64,000 nt of DNA from Glycera tridactyla (lineage: Eukaryota), in assembly GCA_965644265.1 (NCBI GenBank), contig OZ286473.1, positions 85,746,001 to 85,810,000 on the forward strand, in the 5' to 3' direction. The translations under genes were made by a program, and so were the position numbers. This document shows positions 11,196 through 25,530 of this stretch, in pieces; within the stretch, counting starts at the first letter, position 1; each line of letters opens with the position of its first letter. A model generated the notes under the pieces. That model was not told the origin of the DNA, did not search any database, and saw only the letters and a list, made by a program, of their open reading frames with translations.

Positions 11196-14100
11196 ATGCG
11201 ACCACTTCCAGCTAAATAGGTTGAAACAATTCTGGCAATATTAATATCAATATCAATGTGAAACCAACTTTGTGTATTCAAGCTCAACATTATTCTACGG
11301 TAAATTGAACACGGAAAACCCAAACGCAGGCAAAATTGAGAAATTACAAATTAATTCCTCAAGGTCGGGGAATAAAAAGAACAAGAGTGACCACAAAACT
11401 CACTGTTGAAAATGTACTTCGGGTATTGGTGCAAGAATGGGGGGGGGGGGGGACAAAGTGAATTTCCACGTTATATGAATGAGATATAGTTCGAATGATA
11501 CGCTGAACACAGACCTCCCGAATGTGTACAAGGAATATCGATAACGAAAAGTGGAGCAACAGCCTCATTCTGATATGAAAAAGTAAGAAACCTGATGATG
11601 GCACAAACCACAACAACGTACGTCATCATTCAAATGATGAAAAGGAATCAGAAACAGTCTAGTTTTGTGTACACACAAGGAAAATTCACACAAAATATAT
11701 CAGCAATCACAGAAAATATGACCTATATTTGACCGTCATGAAGGCAACTACCATATAAACTTCCGGTAACCACCCGGCAAACATGAGATTTGGCCAGTTT
11801 TGGTCCAGCACAAAATATTTGCCGGGTATTCCAGCTTTTCATGATAGCGAGAACTGATGATAGCTGACTAACACATATCAGGTGATGCAGTTACTACTAC
11901 TGGCATAAATCTTGTCCACAAGGTCATCCTATCCACAAGGTCATTCTGTTGATCAAGAGTTCGGATAATTGACTAGGCTTCTCACAAGGACTATTTCCAC
12001 ATTTGACAGCATTCAAATAATGAGATTCTTCATTTTCATATGACCCACCATAATGGTCATGAACAGAATAATACCAGTAAGTTGAAACAAGAATGAATTC
12101 TAAAGAAAACTATGCACAAGATCATTCTCTATTCCCAGAGATTTTTGACAATAGAAGGCCAGCATAAATCTTGACTACAGTGAATTGACATTAGTTTTGT
12201 TCGGGTCGAGAGACTCCAATATTCAGACAATCGCAAAATTTGGACCCTGTGTATATCATGAATTGTGAGGCATTTGATTTTTGAAAATGAACTAGAATGT
12301 TTTTCTCGGAGATGTGAATGAGATGAAATAAGAGGTGTTGCCTTGGTGATAGGATGGTGATGGAGAATGGATTGAAATGGGAGTAGCTGCTGTGGAGAAA
12401 CACATCTTAGATGGCCATCACTTGACACGTGGCTCCCCTGATAGACTCCAACCACCATGACCTTCACCTTACTCTCCCATCCAGTCATTCATAATCAGGA
12501 ATCTCACACTTTGACAGTTCAATCACTGCAGAATACCACTTCAATGAAACCAAATTTCTATCATCCACTTGCCAGCACCATTTCATTGAAGTGGCAAATT
12601 CACCATCTTGTTGGGGCAGCCATCTTGAATCTCAAGGTCACTGAGTGAATTCACTGCTTGACTGTGCAAGGAAGGAGAGAAGATAACACTACAAACCTTC
12701 TACCTGTCATATGATGCTACATTAAATGTACATTTCGGTGATTTCTATACCGCAGAATCATTGAGTTGGCGAACACTAAGCATGCCTTGTCTGCTGGCCA
12801 CACAAACCATCACTCGCCCAATCAAATCAGACCGAAATTATCCAAAACGTCAACCAGACTCACTAATATATGATAGAACACTCAAGAACATACCGATGCG
12901 ATCTTCCATCTGGACTCATACAGTTGAATTGTTTACATTATCACTTTCTTATCTCCAGGACAAAAGGCAGAATCAACGACATGGTCACCATTTCATTATT
13001 ATATTATGAGTTCTTTTTTTTGAAATGCCAGCATGATAAATGCCAATTGTTTCTTCCCACTCAGATAGCCGATCACAGCGATGCGTTCCCATGCAGTTTA
13101 CAACAAGTCCAGATGAGACGATGCAACTTTTTGATAAGACTGCCGTCGTCACATTTGACGGGTCATCATACACACTTCACTCCAATCACAGATCACAAAT
13201 GGTACCATTCAAAGAATGACTAGAGTCAATGATAACATGCGTTATATTATATATACAAGTATATGGAATTCTCCAAGTGAAAATAGTGAAAAAAAGATGA
13301 TTCATAATGTCCAATAATGATTTTGTATGTACATGAAAGCCATTGACGAGTGTCTCCAATACCAGTGTGACTCTCTTTTTTTTCTGTATATACCACAGAT
13401 GTGACAATACCAGTGGAATATAGGGGTGTGGGATATAACTTGCATATTCCATGGGCGTGGTTTCTTACTATAATATACCACAGATGCTGCTAAATCCACC
13501 AGATACGCATCCGTCATATTTCGAGAGAAATACCCCGATGGTCTTGAAACTTCATGAAAGCAAGGTGGAAAGGTAGAAACTCAATTTGAACACATGTGTC
13601 TGTGGTATACAAAAAAGAATCTAAGATTAGTAATTAAATTCGCCACCCAAATAACAGCAGTTCCCCAGAGATCTCTCAGCCCCCCTCCCCCAGCTCCTAT
13701 CATATACTCCTGGAAGTCTGACATACCAATTCTGAAGAACTTTTTATATCCCCTCTTCAATAACATCGGACACCGAACAATAATTCAACCTTCATTCGCT
13801 TTCCCACTGTCACTGGCTTTTAATACTTTCTCCCTTCAGAGTGCAATCAGAAATTTGTGCAACAGATGCCACAAATATGCTGATATCATCCAATATATAG
13901 GGGTCCAATGCAGAGTGATGGCAAAACAGAAAAAGTACCCAATACTTCTGCCAGGAATTGCCAAGTTATCCCCGTTGATTAAATTGTGTTATCAATACAC
14001 GATTAACCACAAGAGTTGCCGGAAAGTACCCATATTGATTTTTACAATTCAGAAAACTCTCAAAATATTAGCATCATTGACGTACATTCCCTTAAAAATT

Positions 14101-17100
14101 CCGCCATAATTGTTGGATTTTATTTGGCAAGACCAACTACTTTAGATGATCATACTGGCTACCAAGTATCGTACACAACATACATTGGCATTTTGGTCAA
14201 TTCCAGCTATGTTGCGATTGAATTCGGGATGGTTTACAGAATTCTATGTCTATGTATGACCGATAGTGAGGTCTTTAATTCTGCTATACAGGTATATATC
14301 TAACACAAACATTGGCTGTCCGGGGCCCACTAGACCTGAGTGAAATTGTCCTTTACATCGGTATTTCTCATATCACTAGCCAAATCTGTCACGAAGGCTG
14401 CTGTGTGTACTGGCTCAAAGAAGTCTGGGACAAATCTCCATTACTCTTAGAGGTCAACGATCAAACAAAATAAAAACAACAACAATAACAGACTGAACAA
14501 AAATAAACTGGTAACAAAACTATACAAACATTTATGAACATAGAAAAACATAGAAAACCTATACAAAATAAAACTGATTGCATGATTCCGATGGTACAAA
14601 GAGAGATTTTCTAGAATGGAGAGTGGAAAGCAGCTACAAATGTCGTCAGATGAATGTTGAAGGTCAGATATGTCACATCTGTCACATCTGTCCACATTTC
14701 TCAGGGAGCTATCTATTTACCGTTATCCACCTGGGTCCTAGCTTATCAATGATTTTACAATCTTATCATAATTTCTCCGACGTGACTTACTAAACTCAGG
14801 GTCATGAGCTTGTCACATCTCAGTGTCATAACTTTCCTGACAGGTCATTAACTTTCCAAAGTTTGTAATTTTCGCATAAATGGCACATTATTGAATTTTA
14901 CATTCTACCTGATGTCAAAATCGATTAGAGGGACTAAGTTGAATCAATATTGATGAATCTTGATTCAGGACCATGTTTTGATAGAATTATCAAGTAAAAC
15001 CTTGACGACCTTGTTCTGACTTATGATGACTTTGATAACTTGTTAGTAAGCCACTTTTTGGCAATTAATTAAGTTCAACTTGGGATCCGAAAGTAATTAG
15101 GATTCAGACGTATCTAGGATAGTGAGCATGGCTTCGAATGTGATGCTGAGGATGGACACTAGATGCAAGTCTAGGAGAGTGCACAGAAAGGACAAAGGAA
15201 CTAGCTGGTCAAGATAACCAAGTAAGACAACTACCATGGAAATGCTATTTAAAACTGGCTTCATCTTTCTGTCATTCCATACCAGAATATGATAAACATG
15301 ATTGAATGAACATACCAGAAATCTTAATTCAAACATTTCACTAATAAAATGTCATGATTGTCCATTTTGTTGATTTCAATGTGCTGAGGTCGTCAAGCAC
15401 ATTTGCAAATTCTTGAATGCTAGCAATGATCAATTTTCCAACAACAAATCACAGGAACAATGGGAGATTATTTTTTTTCAGGTAGCATCTCTATTTAGCA
15501 TGGTAATATATACCTTTGCAGCTATTGGATGGTAGCAAATCTGGTCTGTGATATATGATTCCCATATGACTGCAAAAATGGATGTCAGGTTTGCAGCTAA
15601 GATTTTGGAGGAATTTCATTGAATCATTTAAAGTTGGTTCACTAGATGGCACTTTCAGGCAGTTTGGCCGTGGCATGTCAGTGAGATTGCTATCATGCTG
15701 GTCTGCTTTCCCACTAAATTATGTTTCCATGTTTTCATGGCATTCTGATGACTTAAATAGTCCAGAACACTTGACAAGAATGTTCACGAGTGAAGTCTGA
15801 CCTGCCTGATTTTACATAAATAAACTTACAGATGTTGAATTGGTCACCCATCAGGATGTTTATTCACAGATGCATCAATCCCACGTTCATACACATCAGT
15901 TGCTTGAATACCCCATCGAATATATTGGCATACTTATACTCTCTGTTGGCATCATCCACACAAACACCAAACAAATACCAGAAGGCTAACCAAATTGGCT
16001 GCCAGTCACTAAAGAACAATGAGGTACAGTGCAAGATGATTTCAACATGGAAGTTCAGTCAACTATGTACAGTCAATTCCACTCATTTTGACACATTTTC
16101 GATTTTGCTGCAGGATGAGTGTCAATTCAACAGAGGGCAATTTGGAGTAATCCCATTGGTTATCAGGTTTTCAAACACTGTCTGCTGCATTCTTTGTGTG
16201 GAGATTCCTCAGAAAGAGTAGCATGTAAGCATAATTTTGATATGGATTTCAAACGATCTAAAATTTGAATCCAAACTTGACATATCGATAACATATTTCT
16301 ACTGTGAGGCGCTACAATCATGGGCCATGGTGCCAGAAGTAGTAGGTAATGACCCACTGCAGACATGCTTGTTTTGATACATGCATCCCAGCAATGAATG
16401 GGCATAGCATCCTTGAGCCAGTCACACTTCAACTAAACCTTATACACAACCTCTTGTGACAGCAAATAATATTCCAGCTCATCAGATCATTCCTTTACCA
16501 CATATGCACAGGAATGAATGAAGAATGAACAAGTCACAAAATCGTGGAATTCACTATTTGCAGACTCAACCTCCGATGCTGAAATTTGATGCAAAATTAT
16601 AGAGAAATGATGAGATGGACATAATTGGTGACTTCAATAGCAGGATATGGAATCACTGGGAAGAGAAATTGGGAATGACACACATGAAACAGACTAGACA
16701 TGCTAAATATATGTTCAACATGAACATTGCAATATAATATGATTATAAAAAACCAAGTCAAATGAGTATTTTATCAACACACCCCCATGGTGGCTAAGTG
16801 TTAAGCCGAAGTGTACAGTCACGGACCCCTAATCATTTCAGTTATCCTTTCACCCTATATTTTAGAATATCTTGCAGTGCCTGCAATGTTTCACCCCCGC
16901 CCAAACAGCAAGCATGCTAGATGGTGTGATCAAGTTCCATAAATTCACGATGCAAATGCTGGAGCGAGGTAAAGTTTTTCAGCTCCTCAAAGACAGACTT
17001 CAGTGAAATGTCCTACTCAGTATGTCCCAACAATGGAGCAAGAAGGCGTGTCAGAACCGTCTAATCTCAGATTGAGTGGATAATAACACTCTGATTGCAT

Positions 17101-17565
17101 CTTCAATTCATTGAAATGTGATGGCATGAGGCCCAGTGGGTAGTGTTACTATTATAGAGATTTGCATCAGAGGTATGTAACCAGAAATTGCCATCTGGTG
17201 TAATGCTTGTAAACCTCACTTCCTGTTTTGTGCTTGCTTTCAAGATGGCCTCCCTTCTTGAATATAGTTTCATCCAAATGTTGTAAAGTGGTTTATAGAG
17301 CTCCACTGCTGGTCCATCAAATACGATGTAATCATGCAATTTCACAACAATGACGTTTTGCTTTTATCCTGCGAATAACAATCACCCAATATGTGATCAG
17401 ATTATTGTGTCATTTATAGTTCCAATTTCCTTGCAAGATTAGATGCATTTCTGACACTGCCGTCAACTCCACTGACTGATTCTAGCTGGCCATTTTAAAG
17501 GATCACAAAACATTGATTAACTCGACAGCATATCACTGCCATTGATGCTCTCTATCTCTGATGCA

Positions 17566-17632
17566 AACACACACACACACATACACACACACACACACAC
17601 ATACACACACACACACACGAACACACACACAC
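17566..17632. repeat. (CA)n microsatellite
   Basis: Directly visible. Confidence 0.97.
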
Positions 17633-20600
17633 TCTCGCTCCTTCTCTCCAAATATATTACTCACGAACACAATTGTGTTGCATCTGGGAATGTACACATA
17701 TACAGCATGTAGTTGAAATGGAGCTCATGAAAGGATTGCTGTAGGCTATCTGCTGTCATGTGGGACCTGATACACAGTATGTTCAATGCATACTACCGGA
17801 ATATATTTCAAGCTGTCAAAGACAGCAATGCGTTTCTGCACTCATATCACTGTGCCTGATCATTACACGATGTAGCAGAGTTACAACCTATAATGACCAG
17901 ACTATAATCCATCAATTCTGAAAGTGAAAAGGTTTCAGGAAGAAGGAGAGGATACCAACTGTCATCTAGAAGATAGAAGCGGGGTCGTAGGTAATAAGTA
18001 TTACAGGAGATGGTAGGCACACAAATAAACCTGAGGAGGCACTACCAGCTTCACCATACCATTCTTTTTCATTCATGCGAAATTCATCATGTGAAAGAAA
18101 GTGATTGATTGTCCGATGATTGGTTTAATTAGGTTGACTTTAACAGCAAAAAGAGAATGCACAACTGAATTCAATCAAAAACTGGTTCTTACTGCTGGAA
18201 ACGTTGCCATTCCACAAATGCATGGCAATGATTCTTGTTAAGTTTATTCATGCTGCACAGTCAGTCAATACTTTGTCGTCGACAGGCCTAGTTTCAAAAA
18301 CTGAAGGTGAGTACCCCCTTTTTATACTCACATATTCAGATTTTCAAAATTGACATGCTGTACAGCACCTTGTTAAACTGAGAAGACCTGATTTCTCAGG
18401 TGCAAGAACCACTTGTTAGTACATACATGAAATCAGTGTAGAAAGAGAGTACGGTGGAAACAGGTGAAGCTGGTAGCCAAAAGATGTGACATTGGCCTCC
18501 ACTACATTGGTCTCAGAAACTTGATGAATGGAATATCACACAATGAAATAAGATGGAACAAGTAACAAGAGTATTGAAACCATTGTGTTCACAAACTTCA
18601 TGGTGGGAGTGCATCTTCAAGTTTGATGACATGAGATGTAGTTGGTAGTCCCATGATGTGATGGAGACATGAATTGGAGGTATGCAACCACAGTGATTGC
18701 CATCTGGTGTAATGCTTATAAACCACACTCCCTATTTATGGGTTGATGATGCAATATCATTCAATGCATACATCTTGCTACATGTTGGATTAGAATAAAG
18801 ATTTCAGGCAAGATATTTGGGCATGAAATCAGAGGAAAAACATGACCTCAACACATCGAGATTGCTGCATTTGCTGCAAAGACTGACAATATGCTGGAAA
18901 TTGTGCAAAGTTTTCAAATGACATCACTATAGGGCCTCCCTCACTCTCGTCACAGCAGAAATGCCAGAATTGGCCATAGTTGATATTTATCCTCCAGAGA
19001 AAAGTTTTTTATTGGTATTATTTCTTTTCTGAATATACAGGACATAGTAATATAAGGAAGGAGATACATCAATGTAAAAATCGACATGAAAATGTATATT
19101 ACATTTCTGACCACCATCACAATGGCTAGATATGACTCAAAACTTCAAACTACCAGTACATTTCACAAAAAAGTGGCAAAAAATGGCAAAAGAATACCCA
19201 AGTTCGAGGACATCATATTCAGGTTCAATGAATCTTTTTCTAACAGAAAAAGTTCCCTATTGTCCTAGTGCTGAGCCCCAAGAAATATGGAGACTATGAG
19301 TGACTGACGCTAACTTTCAATGAGTGAGTTTTTTATATCTCGATTCTCGACCAATCAATGCTCCAATCAACTGCTTTCTTTCCTTGACTACTCATTGGAA
19401 CATACCAATGAAAACGTACCTCTTCATACGCAATCAATCTCTTTCTATCATGTACAGCTTTCAAAGAATGACTGATTGAAATGCTCCAAATTGACAACAA
19501 TGGTTTAGTTTTCACTAAGAAGCCAAATTGGCAAATTCGAGTAAACTTCTTATCCATGGGCATTGAATTTGCATATCACCATGGCACAAGCATTTGCATA
19601 TATTTACATACCAATTATAATGAGATTTATGTTGGAAGATTCAAGACTATTGGGTTTGATTTCAGAAAATAGCATGACGTAGGGCTGAAGACTCACTTTA
19701 ACAATACTAAGAAATGATACTTCATACTCATGATTTGTGACGTGTACTGAAACAATGGGCAGCTAAGCACCCTAGAGATCTCTTCAAGCTAATCTAGATA
19801 TAATCTCTCTTAACGAAAGATGGGTTTGGTCAGTTGATTGATTGATTGATTGATTGATTGAGTGATGGCCTGACCGATTGACCTGCGTCTCTTGATTAAC
19901 CTCAGGTATGTCACACTCACAATAATGTGTGTGTCACCAAGATAATTGAATCATAATTTCAAATGTCTACCAAAACATTACTGCCTCAATGATGGCAGAT
20001 GGTAAATTGAATTTGACGACCTTGGAGATGACCTTGACGATGAGTCCCTGGCCTGGTGCATGTGACTTCAATGAAATCACCATGAAAACTATACTGAACT
20101 TCATGGGTGTAAATATAAAGGTTGTCTATAGACAGGAGGTATTCAGGATGCCTACATGATGTCACAGTGACATAAGTGACACCGTCAGGACATTCTATTG
20201 ACAGTGTTTGAGATGTTATGTGGGATGATACCTACATTCATGCAACAGATTGTCATCATAGGATCCACCATGGCTCACGACTCCCTCAGGTGCGCACATG
20301 TGCATTCGAAAGAAGGCATCACAGACATGCAGACAATTATACAGTACATACGCGCAGGCATGAACACATGCAGGCTAAGCCTTACACACAGGCATCCGCC
20401 CACCCACACCCACACCCACATCCACACAAACGAGCACAAGTTAAAAAGACCAGCTTGACTCGTCAACTGGGCAAACGAGGGATTGTACACTTGGCTTCTT
20501 CAGTTCACCACTTCACAAGTACCCATGTCTCTCTCACCAATTTTCAAAATCAAACCAAAAAAAAAGATGACTTTCAATTTTATGATACACACAGTACTAT

Positions 20601-22237
20601 TCGCTAAAAACAAGAAGCCTTCTATATGGATACTCCCTGGAGCTTGGAGGTATGGTCTGCTTGAGTGACAGATGACCTTCAGGTGACCTTCAAGTTCAAG
20701 GTCAGGTGTGATGAGAGCACCACCCCATAGGAGATAACCCAGTGAATTCTTTCAATAGACTCCATCCCTGTCGAAAATCTTTCAATGATGTTGTTTATAT
20801 TCTACCTGCCAAGTTTAGTTGTCTCATTGAAATGGTGCATGGAACGAAATGGTACTTATGACCTTTGAATTACTAATTCTTATGACCTTTGAATTACTAA
20901 TTACCAATTCTGAGAGCCAAGGATGAAATCATACTTAGTCGTATCCGCCCAGCTACCAAGTGCGTAACTGGTGAAGGGTTATGATTTACGGGGTGGCACA
21001 GGGACTTCCATGAAAGTGGTTGGTTAGGTAATTGGGTTGAATAGCATACATTAACCCGGGTGATCACCATTATGTATGCCATGTGATACTAAATGGGGTG
21101 GAAAGTGTTATGATTTGATAGTGATTTGCATTAGAGGGATGTAACAACAGTGAAGGACATCTGTTGTAATGTAAGTTAACTGCATTTCCTGTTTTGTACT
21201 TCCTGTCAACATGGCCGGCACACAAGAGTCACGTGCAAACTTTCTTCTGTCATCCTGTTCCCACTGCCGACTTAAAATAGGACGCAAACTCATTCGTCTA
21301 TGAATATTGACACAACTCTGCCANNNNNNNNNNNNNNNNNNNNNNNNNNNNNNNNNNNNNNNNNNNNNNNNNNNNNNNNNNNNNNNNNNNNNNNNNNNNN
21401 NNNNNNNNNNNNNNNNNNNNNNNNNNNNNNNNNNNNNNNNNNNNNNNNNNNNNNNNNNNNNNNNGCGTAAGTGGGTGTNNNNNNNNNNNNNNNNNNNNNN
21501 NNNNNNNNNNNNNNNNNNNNNNNNNNNNNNNNNNNNNNNNNNNNNNNNNNNNNNNNNNNNNNNNNNNNNNNNNNNNNNNNNNNNNNNNNNNNNNNNNNNN
21601 NNNNNNNNNNNNNGCCTGTGTGAAGGTTTATGCATACACACAGAATAAGTCCTTATGACCATAGTTGACAGGAGAAACATCACTTATGGGAGAGACTCAT
21701 GTTACAGAACATCGAGGGGTATATCCCGGAATTCACAAGGCACAAAAGCCAGCTAATCAGTCACTCTTCACTCTGAACATAGCCTTGAGCACCATGACCT
21801 CAAATATTTTACATGACCTTGGTTTTTTATCTTTATCACAGATCATGCCTGATTTGACCTTCTGAATGTCACGGTCAAGGGTAGTGCCCCATAGATAGTT
21901 TTGATACTGAGACCTGTCAACGGTCAAAGAATACAATAACAGTGTCAATCCATACACATCCCACACCAAAGAAATGAATTTAATGATGTCGATCAAAGTC
22001 TTAACAAATGACATGTGGAGTTTTGTTTGGCAGGGTTTGGCTTCATGTTGCGGTGCTAAGATGGCAAGAGGAGACATTTCCGCACAATGCCCATTTCTTC
22101 GAAGACTGAGAAAACCCATCGGAAATAAGGACAGGTGCTTCCACTTGATACAGTTTCCATGGCAACCAGAGGCATCCGTTCTTCATTCTAATGCAACTCG
22201 TTACATGTGCCCTGGCCACATCTCTGACAAACTTTAC

Positions 22238-22243
22238 TTTATT
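22238..22243 (-). terminator. First AATAAA downstream of the RIM stop, candidate proximal poly(A) signal
   Basis: tttatt on the + strand about 220 nt 3' of the stop. Motif only; no transcript evidence. Confidence 0.3.
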
Positions 22244-22463
22244 TATACTGATGAAAAACAAAAAAAAGTCAAGAGTAGAGACTGATGTTGAGGATGTTGA
22301 GACATGGGTACGGGTGATTCCCGGTGAACACTGGTTCTACATTATTAACCAATCAGGAGTCGGTCGTCCTGGCAATGCAGCCCTTTCCTAATGATGGCAT
22401 CACCTCATGGTTGGCCGACTCCGGATAACAGTAGAAGTTGAAATCTACAAGTGGGAGTAAAGA

Positions 22464-22694
22464 CTAGGAGCGAGTCGACCCACTTTGATACGCGCTCTCA
22501 ATTGATGACCCCGAATTACGCCTTGACGTCGTGGAGGACGTCGTTGTATACTGGTGACTGACCAATGAGGAGCTGGTGAACAATTTGTACCAGCCAATCA
22601 CAATGTTTGAGAGATCCAAGTCATCCAATAGGATTTGAGCAACTCCCATGAATACCTTACGATCCATTCTTCCATAGTCTCCCCATACGGTGAC
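22464..22694 (-). CDS. RIMS: RIM terminal coding exon (VTVWGDYGRMDRKVFMGVAQILLDDLDLSNIVIGWYKLF...SAYQSGSTRS*)
   Basis: TTTTGTAG acceptor; 231 nt including TAG at 22464-22466. Matches the RIM C2B end and C-terminus. Confidence 0.98.
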   Translation of the reverse strand, partial: VTVWGDYGRMDRKVFMGVAQILLDDLDLSNIVIGWYKLFTSSSLVSHQYTTTSSTTSRRNSGSSIESAYQSGSTRS

Positions 22695-22879
22695 CTACAA
22701 AATAAGACATTCACCTATTAACTGAAAAAAGGACATCTATTCATTTATCTATTCATTCATTTATTGACCATCCTTCATAGGAGCACATCATATCTGATGG
22801 CTATCGACAGTGTGCCCTAACAATCATAGAATGGTACATCCGAAGGGTGAGCTTGTGCATAAATACAAAACTGCAAGTA

Positions 22880-23037
22880 CAGTGAAACCTCTTTGAGAGA
22901 CTGCCCTCTTTTGAGAGACTGCTTCATCAGTTCTTCTCTATTTGGCACAGTCAAATATACCTCCAATGAGACCACCTCTCTCTTGAGCCCACTTGTGGTC
23001 GGCAGTTTGGGCAGGTCTCCTGAGAGAGGTTTTACTG
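22880..23037. mobile_element. Tc1/mariner-type MITE (TA|CAGTGAAACCTCT...AGAGGTTTTACTG|TA)
   Basis: Terminal inverted repeats with flanking TA; internally similar to 61251-61427 and 45501-45645. Confidence 0.88.
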
Positions 23038-24069
23038 TACTGCCTTATGTCTCTCTAACAGTGAAAACCAGAATTATTTCTCTGGTTGCAATATGGAGCT
23101 AAACATTTTAATTCACCTGGAAAGAGATGTTATCACATGGATGTGCCATTTTCAGTGAAGTACATGTATCAGGTGTTGAGTATTGCGTGTGACACTTCAC
23201 AGCTGGATGAGGACTACTTTTTGATGATTTCTCCCCTGATCCATGTGATACAAGGAATAAATGCACAAATGGCACGCATGTGCGCCGCTAATTCATCCAA
23301 GCAGCTAAATCTAGCAAGCATAATCGTTTGCTCCAAGCATTCTCAAGTTATTGCAGTAACAAGGTCATGACCTGGGAGATGGAGATCAAGGTCACTTGTC
23401 ATTTGATAGGCTTCTTTTGCTTTCAATGGTGCATATATGGTGTAAATCTAGCGAATGTTGCTCCAAGCATTCTCATGTTATTGGAGTAACAAAGTATTTT
23501 TAATGTCAAGGTCATGACCTTGAAGGTGAAGGATGAGGTCAACCACATTTGATGGGATCATCCCCATTCATTGGTACATATCTGGCAGAAATTTGATGGA
23601 TGTAGCTCGAAGTTTTCAAAGTCAAGGTCATGACCTTCAAAATGAAGGTCAAGGTCACAGGCATTTGATAGGCTCTTTCTGCCCCTGCCATCGCTCCTCT
23701 CACTGTCCTAGCCCCCCCCCCCCCCCTCCCCCCAGCCCAGGTGCAATCAATTCCGCTGCAACTTCCACCGCCTCACCCCCACCCCAACCATTCCCCCCCC
23801 CCATCCCATGGCCACTCGCTGCTTCCCCCACCCCCTGCCCTGCCCTCCACAATTTAATTGAGAGATCAGACAGCTCTGCTGATATGTGAAAGGATTCCAC
23901 TTGGTGCAAAGACAGTTATGTAACCGAGGACGAAATGTAACAAGGCTCCATTCATAGGACCGGCAGTGTCATTACATAACAGCCTCGGTAATAGACATCT
24001 TATACTCCACTCTTCCCTATTCTGCTGGTAGAAAGTTGCTTTAAAATTTAGGATTCCAGGCTGAATAAC

Positions 24070-24295
24070 TCATCTTCCATGGAAGTTATTGGAACAATAT
24101 TGATACCCGACATTCTGCCGCTCATGATCTTTATGATTGTTTACAGAGAAGTGGCTCAAAGAAAAACTTTAACCAAAAACTTTAACCAGGAAGTTTACGC
24201 CACACGGCCAAACGGCCACACGGCCGGACGGCCTGACAGACGGAACCTGCGCCATTATATAGACACGCATTTTGCTCCGCATGCGTGCCAAAAAG
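24070..24295 (+). mobile_element. HINE-like element 3' end
   Basis: CGGCC/GACGG-type microsatellite, then stem-loop ACGCAT(24265-70)...ATGCGT(24281-86), then an A-run. TGACCTT/AAGGTCA-rich related sequence at 23360-23670 and 20670-20900. Confidence 0.4.
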
Positions 24296-24462
24296 TAAGA
24301 CTATATGACCGTGAGGTAAAAATGCAATAGCAAACTCGGTATGAATTCACACCTTGTTTGGTATTGCGTTTTTACTTCACGGCCATACAGTCTGCTATAA
24401 TAACATTGCAACTTACAATTTGGTTTGATTGGGAAATGTCATTCACAAGAAAGCATCTTTAC

Positions 24463-24602
24463 CTGGAGAATCTTTCCTACATATGACTCCGTGAAGTACA
24501 GTTGTTGTTGATAGAGGGGATCCAATGTTCGACGTACTATCGTCGTCTTCTGTTTCTCCACACAGTTCTTCCCCTCCATTAGATACACCTTCACATATGG
24601 GG
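24463..24602 (-). CDS. RIMS: RIM C2B exon (APYVKVYLMEGKNCVEKQKTTIVRRTLDPLYQQQLYFTESYVGKILQ)
   Basis: TATTTCAG acceptor and CAG|GTAAAG donor; 140 nt, phase 1-0. K-x-K is retained at the polybasic PIP2-binding strand (KKKT in vertebrates). Confidence 0.98.
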
Positions 24603-24716
24603 CTGAAATACAAACAATACTCTTAACTACTACACCTAGATTATTCTTGATTGCACTTTCGATTCCTTCACTGGTCAGCGTAGGCAATGTTCTAGAAACA
24701 GATGGTTACCTGGAGA

Positions 24717-24879
24717 TTTGTTTGTTTTGTTTGTTTGAGGTTTAACGGCATGTATCAACCCTAGGGTTGAGTATGCCATGTGTTCCTGGTTAATGGAAGC
24801 TAGATATTCTCTCCCTTGCAGACATCACTCACAAACCCTGAACACAAGATGATGGGGAACCTGATAGGTTGTCGAGTGG
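24717..24879 (-). mobile_element. SINE-like family A fragment
   Basis: High similarity to 4024-4218 with a TTTG tail. Confidence 0.8.
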
Positions 24880-25267
24880 TTACCATGGAGATGGATGATC
24901 ACATCACTCCCTAGTGTGACTGCCCAACTTGAGGCACTTATATGAGCAACATGAGGCCACACAGTGGCAACTTTTTAACAGGGTGATTTAAAATAGGAGA
25001 ATGGAACATATCTTGTATCTCTATCAAGACCATCTCTCTATAAAGGCCACCCCGAGCTGCGATTGTACCGTGCCACACCTACCTGATCCACAGCTGCTTA
25101 CAAGCGGCATCACATGTTATGTACAATATTCTAAAGCACAGACATGACTTGATTGGTCCACTGGGATATTCCAATTACATCCTATACTACTAGATATTCA
25201 AATCATATCCCATTGTACTAGACTGAAATAAAGATGAGAGTTGCATGGCAGATAAGTGAATACTTAC

Positions 25268-25485
25268 CGGGTAATAATTTGGCGCCTGGTTTAGCCATAA
25301 GTCCTCGGGCTCGTATCACCTCGACCTCCAAATGACCTTTACGATCAAATAGGCCAAGCTGTATTTCACCCATACAGGGAGAACCTAGCACTTGTCGACC
25401 CACAAGTTGGGCGGGGCCCAGGCCCTCGATAAAATCTCCAAACTGGCCCTCTGGCCCCAGACGCATCCCCGAAGGCAGCCACATC
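25268..25485 (-). CDS. RIMS: RIM exon, start of C2B (MWLPSGMRLGPEGQFGDFIEGLGPAQLVGRQ...EVIRARGLMAKPGAKLLP)
   Basis: TTTGCAG acceptor and G|GTAAGT donor; 218 nt, phase 2-1. Highly conserved RIM sequence. Confidence 0.98.
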
Positions 25486-25530
25486 CTGCAAATAAGGTCA
25501 TTGTTGTGATAAAGTGTGTAAATTGGAATA

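Noticed and set aside
17170-18735. ~55-bp segment shared between ~17170-17225 and ~18675-18735 (ATTGCCATCTGGTGTAATGCTT.TAAAC)
   Set aside because: Real but short; most likely two remnants of an old repeat, with no functional cue.
21108-21683. 191-aa and 113-aa ORFs
   Set aside because: Mostly N-gap.
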